This document shows, piece by piece, positions 22,903-32,630 of a DNA stretch of 64,000 bases. Position 1 is the stretch's first letter; every line of letters starts with the position of its first letter. Below the pieces are notes generated by a model, which saw only the letters and a program-made list of their open reading frames with translations, was not told the origin of the DNA and searched no databases. The position numbers and the translations under genes were made by a program. Source of the stretch: an uncultured Holophagales bacterium (lineage in GTDB: Bacteria; Acidobacteriota; Thermoanaerobaculia; Multivoradales; UBA5704); the NCBI GenBank assembly GCA_963842525.1, contig CAWJGT010000030.1, positions 53,163-117,162 on the forward strand. The letters are read 5' to 3'.

Positions 22903-23436
22903 ATGGCCCAATTCACCGTCAATGCGAATCGGTTCGATCCGTACAAGAACTTCAAGTTCCGCGTCTTCTGGGAGGGCAGCACGGCGCCGGTCGCCGGGGT
23001 CAGCAAGGTCGGCGGCCTGAAGCGCACCACCGAGGTGGTCGAGCACCGCGAAGGGGGTGATCCGAGCAGCTCCCGGAAGTCGCCGGGGCGGACGAAGTAC
23101 GAGGCCATCACCCTGGAGCGCGGCGTGACCCACGACACCGAGTTCGAGAAGTGGGCGAACAAGGTCTGGAACTATGGCTCCGGCCTCGGCCTGGAGGTCT
23201 CGCTCAAGGACTTCCGCAAAAACATCATCATCGAGCTGTACAACGAGGCCGGCCAGGTCGCCATCCGCTACAAGGTCTATCGCGCCTGGGTCTCGGAGTT
23301 CCAGGCCATGCCGGACCTCGACGCCAACGCCAACGCCGTGGCGATCCAGAACATCAAGCTGGAAAACGAGGGCTGGGAGCGCGACTACGAGGTCCCGGAG
23401 CCGGCCGAGCCGACGTTCACGGAGCCGGCGGTGTAG
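22903..23436 (+). CDS. Tail tube protein (T4 gp19/Afp1-like)
   Basis: DPYKNFKFRV...REGG...K.PGRTKYEAITLERG...LDANANAVAI. Confidence 0.9.
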   Translation: MAQFTVNANRFDPYKNFKFRVFWEGSTAPVAGVSKVGGLKRTTEVVEHREGGDPSSSRKSPGRTKYEAITLERGVTHDTEFEKWANKVWNYGSGLGLEVSLKDFRKNIIIELYNEAGQVAIRYKVYRAWVSEFQAMPDLDANANAVAIQNIKLENEGWERDYEVPEPAEPTFTEPAV

Positions 23437-23442
23437 GCGAAC

Positions 23443-24186
23443 ATGCGCGCCCTGACCGCCGCGGAGCTGCTGGGCGTCTGGGAGCGCGGCCAGGCCGAGC
23501 CGCCGGTGCGGCAGGCCCTGGCGCTGCTCGCCGCCGCCTGTCCGGAGACGCCGCCCGACGAGCTCGCCAGGCTCAGGATCGGCCGGCGCGACCGCCTGCT
23601 GCTGGAGCTGCGCGAGCGCACACTCGGCCCGCAGCTCGTCAGCGTCGCCGCCTGCCCGGCATGTGGTGAACGGCTCGAGGTGGAGCTCGCGGTACGGGAC
23701 CTGCTGGTCGACCAGAGCGAGGACGACCCATCCCACTCCCCCCTCTCGGTCACCGCGGACGGCTGGGAGGTCCGGTTCCGCCTGCCGCACAGCCTGGATC
23801 TGATGGCTCTCGCCGGCAGCGCCGAGCCCGCCGAAGCCCGGCGCTGTCTGCTCGCGGCCTGCCTGCTCGAATCGCGCTCTCCGGAGGGCGAGGACACCCC
23901 GGTCGAGGCGTTGTCCGGGGCCGTCCTGCAAGCGGTGGCCGACGCGATGGCCGAAGCCGACCCGCAGGCCGACCTCGAGCTCGCCCTGACTTGCCCCGCG
24001 TGCAGCCACGTCTGGCTGTCCCTCTTCGACATCGTCTCGTTCTTCTGGACCGAGATCGACGCCCGGGCGCGCGTCCTGCTCCATGAGGTCCACGTCCTCG
24101 CCTCGGCCTACAACTGGCGTGAAGCCGACATCCTGGCGCTCAGCCCGTGGCGCCGCCGGGCCTATCTGGAGATGGTCGGCCGATGA
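23443..24186 (+). CDS. eCIS baseplate/tail assembly protein with two CxxC motifs
   Basis: IGRRDRLLL...CPACGE...FRLP...ADPQA...CPACSH...EVHVLASAYNW.E.DIL, in the usual position after the tube gene. Confidence 0.75.
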   Translation: MRALTAAELLGVWERGQAEPPVRQALALLAAACPETPPDELARLRIGRRDRLLLELRERTLGPQLVSVAACPACGERLEVELAVRDLLVDQSEDDPSHSPLSVTADGWEVRFRLPHSLDLMALAGSAEPAEARRCLLAACLLESRSPEGEDTPVEALSGAVLQAVADAMAEADPQADLELALTCPACSHVWLSLFDIVSFFWTEIDARARVLLHEVHVLASAYNWREADILALSPWRRRAYLEMVGR

Positions 24187-25064
24187 GCGACTTCCTGGGC
24201 CATCTGGTGGCACGGAGCCTCGACCTGTCCCCGGCTACCCCGGCCGTCCGCCCGCGGCTGGCGTCGCGCTTCGAGCCGGTGACCCCTGCGGTGGCTCCGT
24301 TGATTGAGGAGACGATGGAAGAGGTGGTGTCGGCGGCGGCTCCGGCGGCCCGGATCGAACATGTGCTCGCGGAGCCGGCTGCCGCCCGCCCGGCCCCTCA
24401 CCCCCCTGGCCCCCCTCTCCCATCCGCCCCCCCTACCACCCGGGAGAGGGGGGAAGAGGCACTGTCAGGGAGGTCTTTGGGTGGTGGCTCCCCTCTCCCG
24501 GTGGCTGGGAGGGCGGATGGGAGAGGGGCCGGGGGTGAGGGGCCGCCGCCTCCCCCTCAAGTCGGCCCTGTCATCAGACCTCTCCGTATCGAGGAGGGCC
24601 GGAGCAGGCCTGAGCCCGCTCTTCCTCCTTCGCTTGAGCCTACTCCTCGCGCACCGATCCCGGTCCAGGCCACGGCCGCGCCGCCCTTCCCGGAGCCGAG
24701 GCCACAGGTCGAGCCGGTGATCCGCCGCATCGAGGTCGAACGGGTCCTCACGCCCGCCTCTGCACCGCCGGCTCCCGCGCCGTCGCCCGCCGCTCCTACC
24801 CAGGCCAAACCGGCAAAGGCCGCGCCTGCTCCCGTTCCGGCTCCGCCCATCCTCCAGCCGCGGGTCCAGGCCGTGGAGCGCGGTCCGTTCCCGGCGCGCA
24901 GGGAGGAGCCGGCCGCGGAGCCCGTCATCCACGTGACCATCGGCCGCATCGAGGTGCGGGCTACGCCGGCGCCCAAGGCCCCGGCCCGAGAGCGGCAGGC
25001 GGCCCGGCCGGCCGTGGACCTCGAGGAATACCTGCGCCAGCGGGCACAAGGAGAGGGCCGATGA
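24183..25064 (+). CDS. Pro-rich eCIS accessory protein containing an in-frame palindromic element
   Basis: ATGA overlap with the previous gene. MSDFLGHLVARS...RPRLASRFEP N-terminus and C-terminal VIHVTIGRIEVRA...LEEYL. Confidence 0.7.
   Translation: MSDFLGHLVARSLDLSPATPAVRPRLASRFEPVTPAVAPLIEETMEEVVSAAAPAARIEHVLAEPAAARPAPHPPGPPLPSAPPTTRERGEEALSGRSLGGGSPLPVAGRADGRGAGGEGPPPPPQVGPVIRPLRIEEGRSRPEPALPPSLEPTPRAPIPVQATAAPPFPEPRPQVEPVIRRIEVERVLTPASAPPAPAPSPAAPTQAKPAKAAPAPVPAPPILQPRVQAVERGPFPARREEPAAEPVIHVTIGRIEVRATPAPKAPARERQAARPAVDLEEYLRQRAQGEGR
24392..24544. repeat. Palindromic element copy, in-frame inside the eCIS gene 24183..25064
   Basis: GGCCCCTCACCCCCCTGGCCCCCCTCTCCCATCCGC...GCGGATGGGAGAGGGGCCGGGGGTGAGGGGCC. 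Confidence 0.9.
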
Positions 25065-26296
25065 GCAACGGCCTGGCCATCGCCGCCGCCACGGCGACCT
25101 TGCGGAGCCTGCTCGACATCGGCCTGGGGAAGGGCACGGTGAACGTGACCGCGCGTCCTCTCGACCAAGCGCGGGTGAACAGCAGCGGCGACCAGGTCAA
25201 TCTCTTCCTCTACACCACGCAGGTCGATGGCGCCTTGCGCAACCAGGACATGCCCGGCAAGGTCAAACCGGGAGAGACCGGCCGCCCGCCGCTGCCGCTG
25301 ATTCTCTTCTACCTCCTGACCGCCTACAGCGACGACAAGGACGAGGAGAAGAGCCAAATGCTCCTCGGGCGGGCCATGAACATCCTCCACGACCACCCCC
25401 TGCTCGGCGCTGCCGAGATCAAGGACGCCACCGTCACAAACGTGCCGGGGAGCGACCTGCACGAGCAGATCGAGCGTGTCCGGATCACGTCCCAGCCGCT
25501 GCCGATCGACGAGATCTCCAAGCTGTGGGCCGGCTTCCAGACGCCGTACCGCACCTCGGCGGCCTACCAGGTCGCCGTGGTCCTGATCGAGAGCCGGCGG
25601 CCCGCCAAGACGCCGTTGCCTGTCTTGAAGCGCGGCGAGGACGACCGCGGCGCCGTCGCCGAGCCGGGTCTCATCCCGCCGTTCCCGACCTTGACGGACC
25701 TGGTCCTGCCACCTAAGCAGGCAAGCGCCCTCCTCGGCGACACGGTGACCCTGCGCGGACACCACTTGGATCAGGGCACCCTCACCGTCCGTTTCACCAA
25801 TCCCCACCTGACCGATCCGGTGCCCTTCACGGTGGGGACCACAACGGCGACCGAGGTGCAGGTCAAGCTGCTCGACATTGCGGACGACCCCGACGCGCGC
25901 AAGAAGTGGGTGGCCGGCTTCTACACGGTAGCGCTGCTCCTCAAGGACGGCGACCGCGAGCGTGCCACCAACGAGCTGCCGTTGACGATCGCGCCCGAGA
26001 TCATTTTGGCGCCGACCGAGGTCACGCGTACGGGGCCCGACAAGATCGCCGCGATCGAGCTGACGTGCAGACCCGAAGTCCGCCCCGCGCAACGTGCCGC
26101 CCTGCTGTGGGGAGATCTGGAGGTCCCGGCCCTGGCGCACCCGGCGCAGACGGACACGCTGCAGTTCGAGATCAAGCAGGCCCCTCAGGGCAAGCGCTTC
26201 CTCCGCCTGCGGATCGACGGCGTCGACAGCTTCCTGATCGATCCTGACGCCGATCCGCCGGCCTTCGACGAAGACAAGATGTTGGAGATCAAGTGA
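25061..26296 (+). CDS. DUF4255 / Pvc16-Afp16-like cap (tail terminator) protein with C-terminal Ig-like domains
   Basis: MSNGLAIAAATATLRSLL...VNLFLY...RNQD...YLLTAY...LLGRAM..LHDHP...YR.SAAYQV.VVLI. Confidence 0.85.
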   Translation: MSNGLAIAAATATLRSLLDIGLGKGTVNVTARPLDQARVNSSGDQVNLFLYTTQVDGALRNQDMPGKVKPGETGRPPLPLILFYLLTAYSDDKDEEKSQMLLGRAMNILHDHPLLGAAEIKDATVTNVPGSDLHEQIERVRITSQPLPIDEISKLWAGFQTPYRTSAAYQVAVVLIESRRPAKTPLPVLKRGEDDRGAVAEPGLIPPFPTLTDLVLPPKQASALLGDTVTLRGHHLDQGTLTVRFTNPHLTDPVPFTVGTTTATEVQVKLLDIADDPDARKKWVAGFYTVALLLKDGDRERATNELPLTIAPEIILAPTEVTRTGPDKIAAIELTCRPEVRPAQRAALLWGDLEVPALAHPAQTDTLQFEIKQAPQGKRFLRLRIDGVDSFLIDPDADPPAFDEDKMLEIK

Positions 26297-28437
26297 GCGA
26301 CCCGGCGGACTGGCCCGAGCGCAACGACGCCTTCCTCGCGGCGGCGCTCACCTGGCTGCGCCTGCGCCTGGAGCGGCTGGCCTGGAACGAGCCGCCGCTG
26401 GTGTTGCCGTCCGAGCCTGCATCCCAATCCGAGCCGGTCCAGCCGGCGCAGCCGTCGTTCAAGGACCGCTTCCGGCGGCGGTCGTCCGAGCCGGCGGGAG
26501 CCGCTCCGTCCAGGCCCCTGCTGGCGCTGCCTCCCGCGTCCGAGGCCGTGACCGAGGCCCAGATCGAGGAGGCGGCGCGGGCCATGGCCGCCGCCGAGGA
26601 GACCGAGCCGCCGCCCGCCTTGGTGATGCTGGCCCGGCGGTTCGGCCTGTCGCGCTTCGAGCGCGACGTGCTCCTCCTCTGTGCAGCGGTCGAGCTGGAC
26701 ACGCGGATTGCCCCGCTCTGCGCGCGCGCCCAGGACGACCCGTCCCGCCCGTACCCCACTTTCGCCCTGGCCCTCACGCTGTTCGACGATCCGGCCTGGG
26801 ACGTCCTCTCGCCGGAGCGTCCCCTGCGGCACTGGCGTTTGATCGAGATCAACCAGCCCGGGGCCCAACCGCTCACCACCAGCGCCCTGCGCGCCGACGA
26901 GCGGATCGTCAACGACCTCAAGGGCCTGAGGTATCTCGACGACCGCCTGAGCCCGTTGCTCCTGCCGCTCGATCCGCCCGACGGGGAGCCGGGCCTTCCG
27001 CCCTCCCAGGCCGAGGTGGTCCGGCAGATCGTGCGCCGGCTGGAGCTGGCCACGCCGGGCCGGCGGCTTCCCGTGTTTCAGCTCCTCGGCTCGGACGCCG
27101 CGAGCAAACGGCTCGTGGCCTGGCACGCCGCGGCTTCCGTCGGCCTGCGCCTCTACCGGCTGCCGGTCGAGCTCATGCCCGCCCAGGTGGCCGATCTGGA
27201 GACCTTCACCCGGCTCGTCCAGCGGGAGAGCGCGCTCGCGCCGTTCGCCCTCTACCTCGACGCCCAGGATGTGGACAAGGGGGCGGAGGGGCAGGCGCCG
27301 CCGCTCGGCCGCTTCCTCGCGGGCGTCAACGGCGTCTACTTCGTCGCCACCCAGGACGTTCGGCCGGGGCTGGGCGACACCACCGTGCCGGTGGACGTGG
27401 CCAAGCCGACTCCGGCCGAGCAGCGGCAGGCCTGGGAGGAGGCCTTGGGCGAGACTGCAGGAGACCTGCCGGAGCGGCTGGCCGGCCAGTTCAGCCTCGA
27501 CCTCGGGACCCTGCGCCGCGTCGCCCGCACGGCCCAGGCTGAGGCCGCGGCCGAGGAGAGCGATCTGGGCGACCGCGTCTGGACCGCGGCCCTGGCGAGC
27601 ACGCGTCCCCGCCTCGAAGGCCTGGCGCAACGCCTCGATCCGCGGGCCACCTGGGACGACCTCGTCCTGCCGGCGCGGGAGCGGGATCTCCTGCGCCAGA
27701 TCGGCGCCCAGGTCCGGCTGCGCAGCCGCGTGTACGACGATTGGGGCTTCGCCGCCAAGCGCAACCGCGGCCTGGGCATCAGCGTCCTGTTCGCCGGCGA
27801 GAGCGGCACCGGCAAGACCATGGCCGCCGAAGTCCTCGCCAACGAGCTGCGCCTGGGCCTCTACCGGATCGATCTCTCGACCGTGGTGAGCAAATACATC
27901 GGCGAGACCGAGAAGAACCTGCGCCGCCTCTTCGACGCCGCCGAGGACGGCGGCGCCCTCCTCTTCTTCGACGAAGCCGACGCCCTCTTCGGCAAGCGCA
28001 GCGAAGTCAAGGACAGTCACGACCGCTACGCCAACATCGAGATCAACTACCTGCTCCAGAGGATCGAGTCCTACCGCGGCCTGGCGATCCTGGCGACCAA
28101 TCTGAAGGACTCCCTGGACACGGCCTTCGTGCGCCGCCTGCGCTTCATTGTCGACTTTCCTGCGCAAGGCGAGGCCGAGCGCCGGGAGATCTGGAAGCGG
28201 ATCTTCCCCGCGCAAACCGAGACCGAGCGCCTGGACTTCGACCGCCTGGCCCGCCTCGGTCTCAACGGCGGAGCGATCAACAACGTAGCGATCAACGCCG
28301 CCTTCCTGGCCGCCGAAGCCGGCACGCCGGTGACCATGCCGCTGGTCCTCGCCGCCGCCCGCACCGAGCTCCAGAAGATGGGGAGGCCGATCAACGAATC
28401 GGATTTCCGTTGGGCCCCTGTGGAGATTGTGGCATGA
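26293..28437 (+). CDS. eCIS AAA+ ATPase (Afp15/Pvc15-like)
   Basis: GESGTGKTMAAE, VVSKYIGETEKNL, FFDEADALFGKRSEVKDSHDRYAN. Confidence 0.92.
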   Translation: MSDPADWPERNDAFLAAALTWLRLRLERLAWNEPPLVLPSEPASQSEPVQPAQPSFKDRFRRRSSEPAGAAPSRPLLALPPASEAVTEAQIEEAARAMAAAEETEPPPALVMLARRFGLSRFERDVLLLCAAVELDTRIAPLCARAQDDPSRPYPTFALALTLFDDPAWDVLSPERPLRHWRLIEINQPGAQPLTTSALRADERIVNDLKGLRYLDDRLSPLLLPLDPPDGEPGLPPSQAEVVRQIVRRLELATPGRRLPVFQLLGSDAASKRLVAWHAAASVGLRLYRLPVELMPAQVADLETFTRLVQRESALAPFALYLDAQDVDKGAEGQAPPLGRFLAGVNGVYFVATQDVRPGLGDTTVPVDVAKPTPAEQRQAWEEALGETAGDLPERLAGQFSLDLGTLRRVARTAQAEAAAEESDLGDRVWTAALASTRPRLEGLAQRLDPRATWDDLVLPARERDLLRQIGAQVRLRSRVYDDWGFAAKRNRGLGISVLFAGESGTGKTMAAEVLANELRLGLYRIDLSTVVSKYIGETEKNLRRLFDAAEDGGALLFFDEADALFGKRSEVKDSHDRYANIEINYLLQRIESYRGLAILATNLKDSLDTAFVRRLRFIVDFPAQGEAERREIWKRIFPAQTETERLDFDRLARLGLNGGAINNVAINAAFLAAEAGTPVTMPLVLAAARTELQKMGRPINESDFRWAPVEIVA

Positions 28438-28691
28438 ACGTGAGCCTCCACATCGAGCGCTTGGTCCTGGAAGGGATCGATCTGCCGCACGCAGAGCGGC
28501 CGCTCCTGCAGGAGGCGCTCCAGGCGGAATTGGGACGGTTGCTCGCGGAGGGTGGGATAGGAGGCGACTTGGCGGCAGGTGTAATGGTGCCGGCCGTGCG
28601 AGCGAATGGTTTCGAGATGAGCGGGGAGGGCGGCCCGGTCCGGCTTGGGCAGCAGATCGCGGGGTCGGTGTATGGGGGGATTGGGCGATGA
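28434..28691 (+). CDS. Small eCIS-associated protein
   Basis: MNVSLHIERLVLEG...ELGRLL...LGQQIAGSVY, with ATGA overlaps on both sides. Confidence 0.7.
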   Translation: MNVSLHIERLVLEGIDLPHAERPLLQEALQAELGRLLAEGGIGGDLAAGVMVPAVRANGFEMSGEGGPVRLGQQIAGSVYGGIGR

Positions 28692-29749
28692 GGCGAGAGG
28701 CAGCCGGGAACACGTCTCCGGGTTGGATGACCGCGACCGAGTCAGCCAGTCCTGAGCCGGCGCTTTGGCGCCATCGGCCGAGGTCGCCCTGGGGAAAGTC
28801 GATCGTACAGGAGGTTCTCGATTCTCCCGGACATCCTCTCGATCCTGGCACCCGCAACTTCATGCAGTCACGTTTCGACCATGACTTCAGCCATGTGCGT
28901 GTCCACAGCGACGACAAAGCGACGGAGGCAGCTCGCGCCGTAGGAGCTCTTGGTTTCACGGTGGGGCAAGACGTGGTTCTCGCAGCTGGCAGGTATGCGC
29001 CCTATCAGCAGGAGGGGCGACAACTACTGGCTCATGAGCTGGCACATGTCGTACAGCAGAGTTCGGCTTCGAACCTTTCCCCGGGAGAGCAACTCCGCAC
29101 AGTGGCCAGTGAAGGCGCTCTGGAGAAGGAGGCAGATATCAGTGCGTCCTGCCTGCCTCGAGCACAAGGGGTTGCGAGGAGTGTGATCCCGACATTTCCA
29201 CATCCCACCACCCGGCTTGGGACGGTCGCTATCCAGAGGCGGCGCGAGGGAGAGGTCACCGATCCAGGAGCGAAGCGAGCGAAAGCCGCTGAGCAGTTGG
29301 TCGAGAAGCTCAAAGCGGCTGGAGCGGTCTACAAGCAAGAGCCACAGCGTGATTGGAATAATGAAAAGTTGTCGGATTGCTCCAAATTTGTGCAATGGGC
29401 GTTGGAGGCGTCGGGAGAGGGAGAGCTCTTTGGCAGAAAGAATGCCCGTACGTCGACGATGCGGGAAATCATCAGAAAGCTCTCAGTGGAGGACAAGGTT
29501 CCGTTCCGTCAGGCCGCTCCCAAGGTGGGAGACATCTTGATGTGGGATGGTCACGTCGGTATTGCCACAGAGGTAGTACAACGCAAGGATATTCAGTATT
29601 TGGTTTTCGCTCATATGGGCAGCTCCGGGCCAAGGTTGATCGGTAAATCTGAATCTTCACAAGGGCCATCTTACTGGCTGAAAGCTAACGACTCGGCAAA
29701 GATCGATGGAATGGGCGCTGGCGCATTCTTGGGGTTTTGGACCCCTTAG
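28688..29749 (+). CDS. DUF4157 protein with C-terminal NlpC/P60-like domain (candidate eCIS cargo)
   Basis: DFSHVRVH...A.GFTVG...LLAHELAHVVQQ...EKEAD, followed by DCSKFV...GDILMW.GHVGI...AH. Confidence 0.75.
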   Translation: MRREAAGNTSPGWMTATESASPEPALWRHRPRSPWGKSIVQEVLDSPGHPLDPGTRNFMQSRFDHDFSHVRVHSDDKATEAARAVGALGFTVGQDVVLAAGRYAPYQQEGRQLLAHELAHVVQQSSASNLSPGEQLRTVASEGALEKEADISASCLPRAQGVARSVIPTFPHPTTRLGTVAIQRRREGEVTDPGAKRAKAAEQLVEKLKAAGAVYKQEPQRDWNNEKLSDCSKFVQWALEASGEGELFGRKNARTSTMREIIRKLSVEDKVPFRQAAPKVGDILMWDGHVGIATEVVQRKDIQYLVFAHMGSSGPRLIGKSESSQGPSYWLKANDSAKIDGMGAGAFLGFWTP

Positions 29750-29769
29750 CAACCTGGAGGGATTTCGAA

Positions 29770-31971
29770 GTGAGCCGGCAAACGATCGTAGAGCCTCAAG
29801 CGAAGGTTGCGACTCGGATCCATGGAGGAGTGCTTCAGCGGAAGTGCGCTTGTGGCCAGCATACCAGTGGGGGAGAGTGCGAGGCCTGCCGGAAGAAGAC
29901 GCTCTTGCAGCCGAGGCTGGCGGTTCGCCAGCCCGGAGATTCCTTCGAGCAGGAGGCAGACCGGATCGCCGAGGCGGTGTCGGACGGGCGCCTGCGGACG
30001 CCGGCGATCTCCCTGCGCCTCGGCGATGCACGGCCGGTCTCGCGCAAAGAGACGGATGAGAGAGGTCCGGCAGATGCCCCGCCGCTCGTCGAGCAGGCGC
30101 TGAGCGCTCCAGGCCGTGCGCTTGCCCCTTCCGCCCGCAGCTTCATGGAGCGGCGCACAGGCCACGACTTCAGCCGGGTCCGGGTGCACACCGATGCGTT
30201 GGCCGGGCAGTCGGCGCGAGAGGTCGGCGCCCTGGCCTACACCGTGGGTCGGGACATCGTGTTCGCTGCCGGACAGTACGCTCCCGAAACGCCGATCGGG
30301 CGCAAGCTGATTGCGCACGAGCTCGTCCATGTGGTTCAACAGAGCGAGTCTCGCTCTCCGGTCGTACAGCGAATCGGCTTCTTTGAGAATATCGGCGTTC
30401 TCTTTGGCTTGGTCGAAGGCGATTATAGCGAGCCGGAGCTGCGCGCATACCTGGGGAAGATTGTAGCGAACCAGAGGATCGAAGGTGACTACGACTCTGA
30501 CAACAAGGCGCGGGATGTCGTCCGCAAGTGGAAGGCGGGTAAGCTGGATCTCGAGCTCTTCCCCTTGACGAAGCGGCTTCTCATCCAGGAGATGCAGGAT
30601 GGCGTGGTCACGGACGTGGACCGGGCCGGCATCTCGACACTTCTCGAAAGCGCGAACCGGCGCGACCTGCTGGAGATCTTTGGGGCGGGCAGAGTCGATC
30701 CCAAGCAGCTCCTCAAGGACTTCGACAGCGGCACCTACAAACAGTGGCTCGAATCTTTCCTCAACCGACGGTTCAAGGACGGCAAGGAAGCCGTCCTGCA
30801 AGGAGGAAAGATCGAGCCCTTGGGAGGAGTCGAGCTGAAGGCGATGAGCCCCGAGAAGCGCCGGGATTTCATCGAAAAGCATTTCGAGAAGGGTGACCGC
30901 GCGTTCGCCCGGCAGATCCTCGACGATCTCGCGGAGTCCGTTGATCTTCTCGACTTCTCGGACGAAGCAGAGCTGGCCACCGAGATCGAAAAGCGGATGC
31001 GGACGACCCGTCTGATGCAGGAGACCCAGAAGCTGTTCGGGCGCGCATTCGAGTATCCGAACAAGCCAGCGGCGAAAGCATGCCTCCCGGAGAACAAGGG
31101 TAAGCCCTTGCATGAGCAGAAGCCGTACCCGCGGGTGAACAAGAAGGCGGAGAGTTTCTGGGGGCCTGTAAAGGAGGGCTCCCCTGTGCCGGGATGGCAG
31201 TCTTCTTATTACTTCGAGCTCAGCGAAGATGGAAAGAAGAATGCCTACCAGGCGCTCAGCGAGCTCTTCATTCCGCAGGACAGCATTTGTAAGATGACAC
31301 TGATCCATTGCGACTATCTGGCTTCCGTGGTTCATCTCCGAGCTTTCGCGGAAACCCTCGGCGTCGAGAAGTTCAACGACAGAGTCCGCAGGGGCGTGAT
31401 TGACATGAAGCTGACCTACTATGGCTTCGCCTATCTCGAGCCGAGTCTGGCGCGCTATCGCCAAGGGCTCTCACTGCAAGAGGTTCGCCCGTCGACCGAA
31501 GCAGACCTTGTCATCGGCGACCATGTGATCTTCTGGAACCACAGAACATACGATCTGATCAACGAAGTGTTCCGCAACGCATGGCGGCTCGAGAATGCGA
31601 TCCTGACCGAGCGCAAGGGAGGCGTGGACTTTTTCCTCGGCCATGGCTCCGGGAGGCAAACCAAGGAAAGCATGAAGGAGATACTGGCCAAGGAGTACAA
31701 CGAAGTTGCCAGCGAAGCGAAAACTGAAGCCGCCAAGACGAAATCCAAAAACCCGCAGGTCGCAGAGAGCGCGCGGAAGGCGATGAAGGAGAAATTCCCT
31801 CGAATTCAGGAAAAGGAGGGAGAGTGGAGAATCACGGGCACAGCCCACCAGAAGACGTTCGACCAGCCTTTGAAAATTATCACGCCCCAGGACCCCGAGC
31901 TGCTCGGTTTGCGGGATCCTGACGATCCTTCAAAGATGAACTGGGTCAAAAGACCTATCGAGTCGAGATGA
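29770..31971 (+). CDS. DUF4157 protein with C-terminal Tgl-like transglutaminase/papain-fold domain (candidate eCIS cargo)
   Basis: LQRKCACG...CEAC, EQEAD, DFSRVRVH, LIAHELVHVVQQ. C-terminal HCDY...GDHVIFWN...WRLENAI...GHGSG. Confidence 0.7.
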   Translation: MSRQTIVEPQAKVATRIHGGVLQRKCACGQHTSGGECEACRKKTLLQPRLAVRQPGDSFEQEADRIAEAVSDGRLRTPAISLRLGDARPVSRKETDERGPADAPPLVEQALSAPGRALAPSARSFMERRTGHDFSRVRVHTDALAGQSAREVGALAYTVGRDIVFAAGQYAPETPIGRKLIAHELVHVVQQSESRSPVVQRIGFFENIGVLFGLVEGDYSEPELRAYLGKIVANQRIEGDYDSDNKARDVVRKWKAGKLDLELFPLTKRLLIQEMQDGVVTDVDRAGISTLLESANRRDLLEIFGAGRVDPKQLLKDFDSGTYKQWLESFLNRRFKDGKEAVLQGGKIEPLGGVELKAMSPEKRRDFIEKHFEKGDRAFARQILDDLAESVDLLDFSDEAELATEIEKRMRTTRLMQETQKLFGRAFEYPNKPAAKACLPENKGKPLHEQKPYPRVNKKAESFWGPVKEGSPVPGWQSSYYFELSEDGKKNAYQALSELFIPQDSICKMTLIHCDYLASVVHLRAFAETLGVEKFNDRVRRGVIDMKLTYYGFAYLEPSLARYRQGLSLQEVRPSTEADLVIGDHVIFWNHRTYDLINEVFRNAWRLENAILTERKGGVDFFLGHGSGRQTKESMKEILAKEYNEVASEAKTEAAKTKSKNPQVAESARKAMKEKFPRIQEKEGEWRITGTAHQKTFDQPLKIITPQDPELLGLRDPDDPSKMNWVKRPIESR

Positions 31972-32630
31972 CTACCTTCCCCCGCTCCCCGCGTCTCCTC
32001 AAAGGCGGCCTCGTGCTGATCGATCCGACCACGGCGGCCGTGCAGCGGATCATCGTGCTCCAGTACAACCCGGACACGCTCTCCCGCACGCTCCAGGTGC
32101 AGGCGGTGGGAGAGGGAAGCGACCGGTCGGAGGCGCTGCGCCTCAAGGCTCCTCCGGTCGAGACCATCAAGTTGGACGCCGAGATCGATGTGACGGATCA
32201 GCTCGAGCTGCCGGAGCAGGGGCAGAACCGCGTGGCCGCGGAGCTTGGGCTCCATCCGCAACTGGCGGCCCTTGAAACGATCATCTATCCCTCAAGCCGG
32301 CAGGTGCTCGACAACCACCGACTGGCGCAGTCGGGCACCCTCGAGATCGCGCCGATGGAGGCTCCGCTCGTGCTCTTCATCTGGAGCAAGACGCGCATCC
32401 TGCCGGTACGGCTGACTGATTTCAGCGTCACCGAGGAGGCGTTCGATCCGAGCCTCAATCCGATCCGCGCCAAGGTAAGCCTGGGCCTCCGGGTGCTCAA
32501 CGTCAATGACCTGGGCTTCTCTCACAAAGGCGGCAGCCTGTTCATGACCTACCTCCAGCAGAAGGAGCAGCTCGCCACGAAGATCGCCGGCGGCAGCTTC
32601 GGCACGCTGGGCATCGGAGGCATTCCATGA
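31968..32630 (+). CDS. CIS tube-initiator protein (Afp7-like)
   Basis: LQYNPDTLSR...LFIW...LPVRL..FSVTEEAFD..LNPIRAKV. Confidence 0.8.
   Translation: MTTFPRSPRLLKGGLVLIDPTTAAVQRIIVLQYNPDTLSRTLQVQAVGEGSDRSEALRLKAPPVETIKLDAEIDVTDQLELPEQGQNRVAAELGLHPQLAALETIIYPSSRQVLDNHRLAQSGTLEIAPMEAPLVLFIWSKTRILPVRLTDFSVTEEAFDPSLNPIRAKVSLGLRVLNVNDLGFSHKGGSLFMTYLQQKEQLATKIAGGSFGTLGIGGIP

Noticed and set aside
26185-28959. Long antisense or alternative-frame ORFs (also 17076..19316, 37493..39634, 41602..43659, 22222..24213 and others)
   Set aside because: These are shadow ORFs of well-supported genes, expected in high-GC DNA, and carry no motifs.
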